From assembly GCA_964016885.1 (NCBI GenBank), contig OZ024743.1:213218001-213282000 (forward strand): DNA of 64,000 bases. Reading direction: 5' to 3'. Every line of letters begins with the position of its first letter. Position 1 is the stretch's first letter. The notes under the pieces were generated by a model. It saw only the letters and a program-made list of their open reading frames with translations. It made no database searches and was not told the DNA's origin. This stretch comes from Eledone cirrhosa (Eukaryota). The translations under genes were made by a program, and so were the position numbers. This document shows positions 41,032-56,630 of this stretch, piece by piece.

Positions 41032-41514
41032 GTGATGATGATGATGATAAGAACCCCACCCCCAACAACAACAATAGTACATCGCTGATTAATATTATTT
41101 CATTGTTTTTCTTTGTGAAAATTGAAGTGTTGCCATCGAATGGATTTCTCATATTTAAAATCCATTTGCTATTTAATATCAATCAACTTGACGTAGGAGT
41201 ATATTTGTCTATAAGTGGCTTATGTGAAATATATTAATTTGTGCGTTGTGTCTTGTTAGTATACAATTGAAATTCCTTGTTGACCAAATTTAAGCGTCTG
41301 TCTCTTCAGTTTTATTGCCTGCATTATTGTGTTTCATTGTTACAGACCGGTCACTTCCATTTAGAAAAAAAAACAACTGTTTTAAATGAAAAGCTAATAA
41401 TCTAGAAAAACCAGACGATACTTTGTAACAGGAAGAGAGATTTTATTGCAGGATATGTATGTACGTATGTATGAACAATGTTGAGATGTTCGTATATTCT
41501 TATGTAAATGTGAA

Positions 41515-41810
41515 ACGCGTGGCTTAATTGTCAGGGTGTTCAGTTCACAAACGTAAGGCCGTGCGTTCGATTTTCAGCGATGTGTTGTGGCCTTGAGCAA
41601 GATACTTTATTTGAAGTTGCTCCAGCTCATTCAGCTGTAAAATTGAGTTGTATATCTAATCCAAAAGAACAGCTTTTTCATACATTGCTTCACGTTGTAT
41701 CCCTTTGAGAATTACATTAAGGGTACACGTGTCTGTTGAAAGTTCAGCCACGTGTAAGTTAATTTCACTAGCAGGCTATTACGTTGATCACATCGACTGA
41801 AACACAGAGC
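41515..41810 (+). mobile_element. Degenerate tRNA-derived SINE (second family)
   Basis: GCGTGGCTTAATTG..GTTCGATT boxes followed by TGTGGCCTTGAGCAAGATACTTTA, a common SINE body motif. Confidence 0.55.
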
Positions 41811-41841
41811 TCCAACAGTCCCCCCCCCCCCACACACACAT

Positions 41842-41885
<44 letters not shown>

Positions 41886-42222
41886 TATCTCTGTCACACA
41901 CTCACAATTACACATACACACCCACACACACTTTCTCTCTTTCACACAGACACACTCACACACTTATGCAGATAATTTAGGTAGGTATATAAATATGTAT
42001 TATGTTAGTATGTACAGCAGTAGATAGGTATTTTGCATGTGTTGAATTTATTTTTCAAATTTCTCACTAATATAGACATAATCAGTTTCTAACCTAGAAA
42101 CAAGGTTTTTTTAATTGTAATTTAGACATGTCAAAACTAGTTATGCATACATGTATGTATGTATGTATGTATGTATGTATGTATGTATGTATGTATGTAT
42201 GTATGTATGTATGTATGTATGT

Positions 42223-43770
42223 ATTGCCATATACTTTGCAATGGTTTTCTGTATTGCATTCAGGAATTGCGAGCATGGTGTTTACATCCGATATCGAAAC
42301 TCAGGCAGCATATTTAACATCAGGCGCTTTGCTGCGAAGACAAAAGTATTTACATCAATCATAAGAGACCTCTTGTATGCAGATGATTGCGATCTTGTAG
42401 CGCACACAGAGAGTGATATGCAGCACATTTTGAATGCATTTTCTGACGCTTGAACTGCCCTAGGATTGACTGTCAGTCTCAAGAAAACCGTCGTCATGTA
42501 CCAACCTGCCCCTGGTAAGCAGTACACTGAACCAAACATCTATGTGTATGGCAAACGACTTGGAGTGGTTGATCAGTTTGTCTACCTGGGAAGCACTGTC
42601 AATCGAAACAGCAACCTTGACAGTGAAATCTCACTTAGGATTAGGAAAGCAAGTGATGCTTTCAGAAAGCTAGAAAGGCGACTCTGGAGTCGGCGAGACA
42701 TATGCAGGAGGACAAAGGTAAAGGTGTACAAGGCATGTGCGCTCTCTTCTTTATGCCTGCGAGATCTGGGTCACATATCGATACCACCTTAAGCAATTGG
42801 AGCGTTTCCATCAGATGTGTCTCAGACGGATCCACGGCGTTCACTGGAGGGACCACATCAGTGATGTCGAGATTTTGGAAAGCTCTATGTGTGACAGTAT
42901 AGAAGCTCTTGTGCTTAAGCAACGACTCCGTTGGAGTGGTCAGCTTGCCAGGATGAAGGATTCTAGAATACCAAAACAACTCTTTTATGGAAAGTTGGTT
43001 AAAGGAAAACGACCGCCACATAAACCAAAAAAGAGGTATAACGATTCCTTGAAAGCCTCTCTGAAAGTCGCTAACATCTCTGCTGATACATGGGAAAATA
43101 TTGCTGCTGATCGTAATAAATGGAGAAAGACTGTATATGAGGGAAAAGTTGCCTTTGAGGCATCTCGAATGTGCGAGACTCTGCCTAAGCAAAGCTGGAC
43201 TCGAAAGTCATCTTCGCAGTCATAAAGTAAGACCAGTGGTTGACTACCAGGCTGCTGTTGGAGATGCTACTCATCATGCTTGCCAAACATGTGGTAGAGA
43301 ATATAAATCAGCAGGAGGGCTCAAGCGACATGCAAAAGTACACAAACTCCAACCACAGCCGACTATTCTCAGTGAATGTTTTGGTTGCCGACGCTGTGCA
43401 AGACATTTTAGATCATTGACTGGGCTAAAAAGCCACATTCGATCGCAGCGCTGTTAGTTGCTATCGTGTGTGTGTGTGTGTGTGTGTATAGATATGCTTA
43501 TGTGTGTGCGTGTGTGTGTATATATGTATATTATTATTGTTGTTATTATTATTATTATTATTATTGTTATTAATGTATGTGTGTGTGTGTATATGTGTAT
43601 GTATGTGTGTATGTATATATATGTGTATATATACATATATATATGTATATATGTGTATATATATATATATATATTTATTTTTTTAATTTTTATTTTCTTT
43701 TTTATTTATTTATTAATTTTTTTTTCTCCTCGTGCAATGGCCATACTCGATAACGAGGGGGCAGCCATCA
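42223..43770 (+). mobile_element. 5'-truncated RTE LINE flanked by (TATG)n on both sides
   Basis: LLYADD, FVYLGS, RLRWSG..RM.D.RIPKQL.YG, C2H2 fingers; 3' end GGCAGCCATC(ATGT)n. Confidence 0.92.
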
Positions 43771-43837
43771 TGTATGTATGTATGTATGTATGTATGTATG
43801 TATGTATGTATGTATGTATGTATGTATGTATGTATGT

Positions 43838-44306
43838 TATCTCTTTCTCTTAATTTCGAGTATATTTTTTTTGACCGGCCACCTTCCTGGTGGCAAGGTT
43901 GTAAAAGAAAAGAAATTGTCATCCCTTGAATCGCAAGAATGTTTTGTAAATTTTGAAGGTGCCAGCTATCGCAGCCATTTGTAGACTACGAATTAGGGAG
44001 CTGCGCTTTTTGTCCGCAAATACAAGTTCAGTCATACTTTGGTCCAAGCGGGTTGGTATATAACCCGTAGCTCCAATAATGATGGGTATGAAGCTAAAGG
44101 TGTATCTTGGATATTGGATTTGTAAACTTCTCATCAATGGTCCGTAGATGTCCTCCTTCTCCTGTATTTTTCTGACAACGTTTACATCAAGTGGGCAGCT
44201 TATCTCCACAACAGAACACGCTTTCAATGTGTGGTCCCAAAAACAATATCAGGCCGGTTGTGCTTTAATTTGGTGGCAGTTTTTATTTTCAGGTTCCACC
44301 AGTATT
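43838..44306 (-). mobile_element. 5'-truncated R4-like (restriction-like endonuclease) LINE inside (CATA)n
   Basis: PD....WD....CSVVEISCP.D.NV..K..EK..IY..L...PIIIGATG RLE motif; (TATG)n at both ends. Confidence 0.85.
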
Positions 44307-44384
44307 TGTATGTATGTATGTATGTATGTATGTATGTATGTATGTATGTATGTATGTATGTATGTATGTATGTATGTATGTATG

Positions 44385-45270
44385 TTCTTCTTTTTGGTAA
44401 ATATCATCTTGGTTAAAAGAGTGGGACTGGCTTTGTGCAGTGCCTTTGCTCACTATAAAAGCTTCACGGCACAGGCATTGCTTTATATCTGGAGATCTCT
44501 CTGCACTTGTCATCACATGGTACCATGGGCCCAGTACTATGTGTCAATAGTTGTCACAACTGTAGTGTTTGTACCAGAGTTTTCAAGTCGCTGGCTGGAC
44601 TAAAAAGTCACACTCGTTCAGCGCATTGGTAGGGGTTCTCCTACATGGATATAAGGTAGTGGCCGTACTCGAAAACGAGTTGGCAGCCACCATGTATGTA
44701 TGTATGTATGTATGTCGCATGGTCGGCGACTAAACCGGCAACCCCCCTAAGTTTACTTGGTGAGGAGGGTGATTTTGGACACCCTGCAGGACAAAAAACA
44801 AAACCTGACAAAGGGCGGGAGAACTCATAAGGGTCAATGGCCATCCAAAAGTGTGTAGATATGTATATACACATGTACATGTGTGTGGATATGTGTATAT
44901 GCATGGGTGCATGTGTATGTATATGCGCGGGGACATAGAAATTGTCGGCTGGACACCCGATCGCGCGGTTAAACCACTGGGAGTGAAGGACCCCTAGCCT
45001 TTCTCAGGGCATTCTTCTAGGAGAAGGCAACTCAGGAAACTGGGATAACTCCGATATAAAACCTGCGGCTCAGTAGTTACCGATGATGTTGATCTTTTCT
45101 TCTTTTCGGGTTATAGCTACTGTCGCTCAGAGAGTGGGATTGGCTCAGTGCACAGTCTTTCCTCACTTTAAAAAATATCTTCACGCACAGGCATTGCTCG
45201 ATAGAATTAATTATTATTAATAATGGTATATCGTGCAATGGCCATACTCGATAACGAGGAGGCAGCCATC
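44385..45270 (+). mobile_element. Two further bipartite RTE-derived elements (44385-44691, 44715-45270)
   Basis: Near-identical to units of the 25.6-28.5 kb array; (ATGT)n tails. Confidence 0.85.
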
Positions 45271-45493
45271 ATGTATGTATGTATGCAAAGATAAGAAAAC
45301 GGACAAATGAACTAGATACATCTCACAATAACGTCTACACTCTCTCCCCACCACAACATTTACATTTACACATGTCATTACCCTATCTAGACTAAAGTCA
45401 CCGACCTGTTGTCAAACTGTCTACTCTGTGTTGAATGTGTATGTGTATATATATATATATAAATATAAATTCACCGAGAATCGTATTTCGGCT

Positions 45494-45565
<72 letters not shown>

Positions 45566-45570
<5 letters not shown>

Positions 45571-47284
45571 ATACTTGGGGAGGGTCATATTTGTGTAATA
45601 TTGCCAGAATTAATAACAGAACACACTCACTGTTTGGTTGGTTTTCGCTTCTCGCTTCTAGCATAGTGTGAGTGGAGAATTTGGGCTCTCTCGTCTATAG
45701 TGTTGATCCAGAGTTCTGTGTCTAATACAGGTAGTCTATTGTTAGGGTGTTTGGAAGGGAAGTCGATAGTTACAGTTATACTCTGGTGTATGGAATTAGC
45801 TATCTGCTGGATGCTTTCCATCGTGCTACGTTCTAAATCAAACTTGTTAGTGCTCTCTATGCTAAACCCATGGCCTCCAAATACCTGATACTCAAAAACT
45901 CAGCAATGTCCAGTAGTGCTAAGTTTAATATTCTGATCGCAGATTTGGTACGAATGATGAAGAATGTGTCCCGCATGTGCGACCCAACAGAAATGGAAAG
46001 ACACATCCAACACTTCATCAACCGCATGCAGTTCTCTGGCTACAACCAAAGAGACAGAATCAGAGTATACGAAGGAGCCATGGAGAAGTATAAGACCCTC
46101 ATAGAACTGGACATGAAAGGAATTTGCCCATTATATAGGAGCAAATCATGGAATAGCTTAGATAGGGCTAGACATAAGATAGGGAAAGCCACCTCATGGT
46201 ACGACAACCAGAGATACCAGAGTGTCATGTTCCTGGAAGGAAATTAGCTAACCAGTGTAGAAAGGCCCTGAGAAAGACCCACTTAAAAATAAAGGTGGTA
46301 GAAAAGCCAGGAACCACCATAAAATCCCTGATCAGCAAAACTTACCCTTTTAAGAAAACCCACTGTACCAATAGGAAATGTATCATATGTAAGGTAAACC
46401 CCCGGATAAACTGTAAAACTAGAAACGTAGTCTATAGCATAAGATGTACAGAGAGTACTTGCAGAAACATGACAACAACATACATAGGTGAGACAGCTCG
46501 AAGCATATGTGAAAGGATAGACCAACACTGGGGGGAACTAAAAGGACGAAAAAACGGGTCAGTACCATACGAACATGCTAGACAACAACATGACGGTAAC
46601 ATAGACAACATAGAAATTAGAATAATATCTAAACATAGAAATGACCCAGCAGATAGGCAAATCAGAGAGGCCAGTGAAATAGAAATTAGAAGACCAAGGC
46701 TAAACAGAAAGAATGAATGGAATAACAACAACACCCAAACAAACAACACTGACCTAAGAGAAGTATAAATAAGTAAATAAAATAAAATAAAATAAATAAA
46801 TAAATAAATAAATAAATACATACACAAGCACAATAACAACAAGCACATAAACACACACTAGTCACCCATCACACAGCAAACAAAACACTATACACACACG
46901 CAAACGCATGCGCAAAGAAGACAAAATAAAATAAACAAACAAGCAAATAAATAAATATATAGACAGACTGAATAAAAATGGCGTAGACATACAATACAAC
47001 AGGAGGAAAATATAGCACCACTGACGATGTTGCAGATGTGCAACGAAAGATTTATGATAAACTATATATATGTGTTTGTGTCTATATTGTATCTGTATTA
47101 TTTTTGACTGCCGGTCAGTCAATGGCAACATTGAGGACCGAGTATATTAGATTACCGATATAAAAGACCAACCAAACAGTGAGTGTGTTCTGTTATTAAT
47201 TCTGGCAATATTACACAAATCTGACCCTCCCCAAGTATAACAATATTTGTTTCGACACACGATTTCATATAAAAAACCTCGCAA

Positions 47285-47290
<6 letters not shown>
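45566..47290 (+). mobile_element. 5'-truncated Penelope-like element with GIY-YIG endonuclease and inverted 5' segment
   Basis: KPMASKY..SA..K..IL thumb region, CTNRKCIIC, NVVYSIRC..YIGETARS...R..QH; RT C-terminus LPVLD inverted at 45650-45865; terminal inverted repeat 45566-45640 vs 47168-47243. Confidence 0.9.
47017..47058 (+). ncRNA. Slightly decayed minimal hammerhead in PLE pseudo-LTR
   Basis: CA-CTGACGA-T-GTTGCA(gatg)TGCAAC-GAAA-GATT-TA-TG; stem I short, stem III one change from a palindrome. Confidence 0.65.
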
Positions 47291-47334
<44 letters not shown>

Positions 47335-47397
47335 AGCAAATTATAAATGTAAACATGTAAGTATGTTTTTGAAACGGTGTGCGAGTTTGAAAATTAG

Positions 47398-47671
47398 AAA
47401 TTAGAAATTATAAGATTTCACCGTATTTTAGACTAAAGAAATTTCTAGCCTGATAGTAGGGTTTATAACCCTCGGAGAAATGGAAAAAGATGAGTGTTGC
47501 CGTACATGGGAGACGAACCCACATCTTTGGTTATCCGGTCTGGATAACCAAAGATGTGGCTCCCATGTACGGCAACACTCATCTTTTTCCATTTCTCCAA
47601 GGGTTATAAACCCCACTAACAGGCTAGAAATTTCTTTAGTCTAAAATACGGTGAAAGCTTATAATTTCTAA

Positions 47672-47674
<3 letters not shown>
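47398..47674. repeat. Palindrome (~135-bp arms) containing a tRNA B-box-like segment
   Basis: Centre ~47537-47541; left arm reads GATGTGGGTTCGTCTCCC on the minus strand. Confidence 0.8.
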
Positions 47675-47741
<67 letters not shown>

Positions 47742-47785
47742 AAGTTAAATAAAAGTCAAATGATTAAAATTTAGCTTCGTTTATT

Positions 47786-47840
47786 ACTGCTATATATATT
47801 TCAGTGACAGCCATCTTTGGTTGTGACCTCTTCAGGCAGT
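47786..47840 (-). ncRNA. Minimal type I hammerhead ribozyme (mirror copy)
   Basis: Reverse complement of 48039-48093. Confidence 0.8.
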
Positions 47841-48038
47841 TTGAATTAGTATGGTATAGACAAGTACATATGTTGTTTAGGTGTATAATATTGTCAATAC
47901 TCTGATATGCCCAGTTCCTTGTTGGGTTGTTAATTCACTGAGGAATTAACAACCCAACAAGGAACTGGGCATATCAGAGTATTGACAATATTATACACCT
48001 AAACAACATATGTACTTGTCTATACCATACTAATTCAA

Positions 48039-48093
48039 ACTGCCTGAAGAGGTCACAGCCAAAGATGGCTGTCACTGAAATATATATAGCAGT
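48039..48093 (+). ncRNA. Minimal type I hammerhead ribozyme
   Basis: ACTGC-CTGAAGA-GGTCACAGCC(aaagat)GGCTGTCACT-GAAA-TATATA-TA-GCAGT. Confidence 0.85.
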
Positions 48094-48321
48094 AATAAAC
48101 GAAGCTAAATTTTAATCATTTGACTTTTATTTAACTTTATTTTACACTACTCCGGAGTAACCAAACCAACCTGCGCACTTCGTCGAGTGCTCCAGCCTGC
48201 ATACTGAGGTGTTGGTATACAACCAACATAAACTCAAAATCTCTCTCTCTCTCTATATATATATATGTACGATACAATATATTAATAAATGGAAACTCTA
48301 TCTACTTTTTACACGCATGTA

Positions 48322-48383
48322 TGTAAACTCCCCACTCTGTATTTGTCCCCATCCTTTTGCGCCCTTGTGGCAAATAAAGAAAC
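48322..48383 (+). mobile_element. Tiny 3'-terminal Tx1 fragment
   Basis: TGTAAACTCCCC..TTGTCCC..GCCCTTGTGGCAAATAAAGAAAC matches the last ~60 nt of the Tx1 copies. Confidence 0.75.
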
Positions 48384-48837
48384 ATATATTTATAATTATT
48401 TTATTATATATATTTCAGAAAAAAATACAGATTTGTTTTATAAATAAATATTGACATACCCGGAAAAAAGACAACCTCAACGGTTGAAAGCACCATAATT
48501 TACCTTGGTCGCCCTTGAAATATGTATAATAAAATAATTATGGTTTTATAAATCTAGTTCCCATTTATTAATATATTGTATATTTACTCCACTAATTTGT
48601 TGAGTGCTTTATATCAGTTATAAAAATGTTTAAGCTTGTTGAATTCCAACAAATTAAATATAACCTCTGCATATATATGTATGTATATGTGTGAATATAC
48701 ATCACTCAGTCAAACGACCAGATTTCAACCCCAACATCTACAACAACAACAGCTTCAGAATGAATTGAAATGAACATTTACAACAACAGCGGCATCAAAC
48801 GATAAAAAAAAACAAAAATAACAAACCACAAAATAAC

Positions 48838-48882
<45 letters not shown>

Positions 48883-48965
48883 CTCAACAACAACATCAAC
48901 TGCCACCACCACCACCACCATCACCATCACCAGCGACTTGGCCTGAAGAAAGCAACAACTTTAAT

Positions 48966-49266
48966 AATAATTTTTCTGCTTTTGGCACGGAGCCAGCGAT
49001 TGTTCCAGCGCATTACTGGTACTCTCTTTTGTTGACTCCGTGGGGATGAAAGGCAAAGCTGACCTTGACGGGAGTTGAGCTCGGAGCCATAGCTCTATGC
49101 TGTAAAGCAATTATAATAATTGTTTCTACAATAGGCACAAGGCCAGCAATTATTCCAGTGTATTACTGGTTCTTTATTTTATCGATCACCGTTAGGATTA
49201 AAGGCAAAGTTAACCTCGACGGGATTTGAACTCAGAATGGCAAGGGCCGTAACTCTATGCGTCAAA
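48966..49266 (-). mobile_element. Two Nin-core SINE copies
   Basis: Same family as 1109-1291. Confidence 0.75.
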
Positions 49267-49526
49267 GTAAAGCAATTATAATAATACTGAACGGTAACAC
49301 GAACGGCTTCAACTATACGAACTCTTTTGAAAGTCAACAGTTGATATAATCTTGTAATCTTGTATCAGTAATGACGGTAATATATATATATGTGTGTGTG
49401 TAAGTGAGTAGCGCGTGTGTGTTTGTTTGTATGTATGAGTGTTGGTGTGTGCGCGCGTATGTGTGTGTGTGTGCGCGTGTGTGTATGTTGTACGTATAAG
49501 TGTCAATAAGTGATTTTTTTTTTTTA

Positions 49527-49830
49527 TGCGCGGGGACATAGAAATAGGCGGGCTGGATACCCGATCGCGCAGTTAAACCACTGGGAGTGAAGAACCCCTA
49601 GCCCTTGTCAGGGCATTCTTCTAGGAGAAGGCATCTCAGGAAACTAGGTTAACTCCGACATAAAACCTGCGGCTCAGTAGTTACCGATGATTTTGATCTT
49701 TTCTTCTTTTCGGGTTATAGCTACTGTCGCTCAGAGAGTGGGATTGGCTCAGTGCACAGTCTTTCCTCACTTTAAAAATATTCGTCACGCACAGGCATTG
49801 CACGATTGCATTAATTAATAATTATTAATA
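49527..49830 (+). mobile_element. Fragment of bipartite RTE-derived element, ending at an ATT-rich tract next to the Dong-like LINE
   Basis: Matches 44925-45225. Confidence 0.8.
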
Positions 49831-49853
49831 GTGTATTATTATTATTATTATTA

Positions 49854-52100
49854 TAGTTGCATTTATCTTGCTTTATGTTCATACGAGTTGTCACCAAGTC
49901 ACAACCAGTGACCTCAAGAGACAACAAGGTCCGCCATGTTCAAGAAAGAACATACATACACACACATGCATCTTTAGGTGTTTAGACTTGTGATGTACTT
50001 ATATTGACAGAATCTTCCTTAGTATATATGCAGTTCCCATTAGTACTATCTTTTGTATTTCTCCTATACGCGGGTTTCCTGGGATTTGCGATAAGTAATC
50101 ATTAGACCCCTTAGGTATCATTCCTAGAGCGCTTACAACCACTGTTTTAGTTCTCATTTAGTCCACATTTTTCCAATTTCTATCTCCAGGTCCTTATACT
50201 TGCTCAATTTTTCAAATGTTTTTATAGATACATTCTTGTCTATTGGAACGGACATATCAATTAGCAGGCATACCCTCTTTTTAAAGTCCTTCAGTATTAT
50301 ATCAGGTCTATTTGCATCTATTTTTCGGTCTGTTTGGATGCTAAAGTTCCACAAGATTGAGATGTGATCTTTTTCAAGTATGGGAGGTGGTTGATGCTCC
50401 CACCAATTCTTTTGATGGGGCAGGTGAAAATGCTTACACATTATCCAATGTATGTATTGTGCAGCTCTGTCATGCCTGTTTAGGTATTCGGTTGGAGCTA
50501 TAGGACTGCACAATGAGTCTCTGGTTGTTTTTTACATACACGGCATAATGGGTTGCATCCATTTTTTATTATGTTGGCTTGGTAATTTTTTGTTGGCAGA
50601 CACTGATCTTGTGCTGATATAATCAGTCCTTCAGTCTCCGATTTCAGTCCAGAGGATGCCAACCACTGATGGGTTAAAGTTTTGTCAACATCAGGATTGT
50701 TAGCTCTTTCTGGGTATTTTCTATACAGAAGCTTTTCTTGCCATTTCTTAGCCAGTTTCTGTAGCAGTTCTTTCTTTGCAGATACTTTTACTTGCTTTGT
50801 TTTTTCTCTTTTCCATTTCAGCAGTAAATGGGACTTCTGACATTTGTAGTCCATTTCTGTATCTTTGTGCATCTTTTGTAATGGAGTATGATCTTTTGAT
50901 GCTTTCGTGTTTCAAAACGAGTTTGATCATCCAATCATGTGATTCCCTTAGATATGTAGATAATCCAATTGTTGCAGTTTTCAACGCAATATCTAACTGG
51001 ATTAACCCACGTCCCCCTTCTTTCCTAGGGAGATATATTCTATCTGTATCTGCCTTAGGGTGATGCATTCTGTGCATGGTTAAGAATTTTCTAATTTTTG
51101 TATCGAAGATTGCTCTTACTCTGCGGTAACATTCCTTCCTTATCCTTTCCCTCATTGTCGAGTGCTTGATTCCGTCTCCTTCACAAACACATAGATATTT
51201 GTAAGTTTCCTCTTGATCAAGTTCTCTTATCACATTCCCCCGATCAAGATTAATCTCTGAACTTTTCAGCAGCTTTCCTTTGATGAACGTTGCCTTGGCG
51301 CATTTATCTAGTCCAAACTCCATTTTAATGTTATCACTGAACTACTCCACAGTGGATAATAGCCCTTGCAATTGTTCATCATTTTTTGCAAATAGTTTCA
51401 GGTCATCCATGTAGAACAAGTGATTAATGGTTTTGTCATAGACTTTATATCCATGTTTTGTTTCATTGAGCATTTTACTTAATGGTATAAGCGCGATGGA
51501 GAATAAAAGCGGTGATAAAGAGTCACCCTGAAAAATTCCACAATTAATATTAACTTCTCCAGCTTCCAGTGATTTTTTTTTACTATTCAAAAGGAGTGTC
51601 GTTTTCCATGTCTTCATACTGAATGACAGGAACCTCCTGACAACGAGAGATATTTTGAAAATCTCTAAACATTTTTCAATCCAACTGTGTGGGAAACTAT
51701 CGAATGCTTTTTTTATAATCTATCCAAGCAATTGATAGATTTTTGTGTCTATTATGACAATCTTCCAGTATCATTTTGTTAACCAAAAGCTGATCCTTAC
51801 AGCCATATGAGCCTCGTTTACACCCTTTCTGCTCATTGGGAAATAGATCATTTGTTATCAGATGGTCATATGTATATTCAGTTAGGACTGATGTTAAAAT
51901 TTTATACATTGTGGTTAAGCAAGTTATCGGTCTGTAATTTTTGGGATTGTTTGTCTCATCATTCTTCGGAAGCAGGAATGTAATGCCGTTAACTAACCAT
52001 GATGGTATATTTTCTGGCGCCTTAACTATTTGATTGTAAAGTTGGGCTAACAGCTCATGAGACTCTGTGAAGGCATTCATCCAAAAATTTGGTATTTTGG
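49854..52100 (-). mobile_element. 5'-truncated, frameshifted R4/Dong-clade LINE in (TAA)n
   Basis: KNYRPITCL, QKGC..GS.GCKDQL, GIFQGDSLSP, FYMDDLK, LPRKEGGRGL, CRVC, RHD, RPDI..D.....IDMSVP; (TAA)n on both sides, the known Dong target. Confidence 0.93.
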
Positions 52101-52138
<38 letters not shown>

Positions 52139-52169
52139 TGGCATTTATTATTATTTATTATTATTATTA

Positions 52170-52395
52170 TTCTTGGAGTCTCAGTCATTGATGTTATTTA
52201 ACTGGAAACTTTGTTCAAGTGAATATCAAGCCGCTACCTGTAGCCTCAGATATTCAGGACGTATCGGAGGGTTCTTGCTGTTTCCAGCAAACATGCCTTT
52301 TGAAGTGTTCCAAAATAATGCAATTATTATTATTATTATTATTGTTCTTTGAGTCTCAGTCATTGATGTTAGTTAACTGGAAAGTTTGTTGAAAT
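52170..52395 (-). mobile_element. Two very short 3' fragments of a second Dong-like family in (TAA)n
   Basis: Minus strand encodes TLQKACLLETARTLRYVLNI* (R4-type C-terminus); 3'UTR repeated at 52346-52395. Confidence 0.7.
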
Positions 52396-52408
52396 TATTA
52401 TTATTATT

Positions 52409-52695
52409 GATTGGCAGTATCGGTAGAGAGTCGGACGCCATGCTTTCCAGCATAGTTACGTCCCTTTACGGTCTGAGTTCAAATCCCGTCGAGGTTAACT
52501 TTGCCTTTCATCCTTCCGGGGTCGATAAAATAAAGTACCAGTAATGTACTGGGTAATTGCTGGCCTTGTGCCAAAAGTAGAAACAATTATTATTATTAAC
52601 TTTGCCGTTCATCCTTACGGGGTCAATAAATAAAGAACCAGTAATACACTGGGTAATTGCTGGCCTTGTGCCTAACGTAGAAACAATTATTATTA
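52409..52695 (+). mobile_element. Nin-core SINE plus a partial second copy
   Basis: Same family as 1109-1291. Confidence 0.85.
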
Positions 52696-52789
52696 TTGTT
52701 ACTATTTTTATTATTACTTTCTTTTCTTTTTTTTTTCTTTTCCTAATTCAATGATGTTCCAAAACAATATGAAAGAGATAATTGGCAAT

Positions 52790-56516
<3,727 letters not shown>

Positions 56517-56526
56517 TGTATGTATG

Positions 56527-56560
<34 letters not shown>

Positions 56561-56630
56561 TGTATGTATGTATGTATGTATGTATGTATGTATGTATGTA
56601 TGTATGTATGTACGTATGTATGTATGTATG

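Larger units (their letters stand above)
47735..48144. repeat. Near-perfect palindrome (~200-bp arms, 6-nt spacer) adjoining (TA)n
   Basis: Centre 47937-47942; one mismatch seen. Confidence 0.93.
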
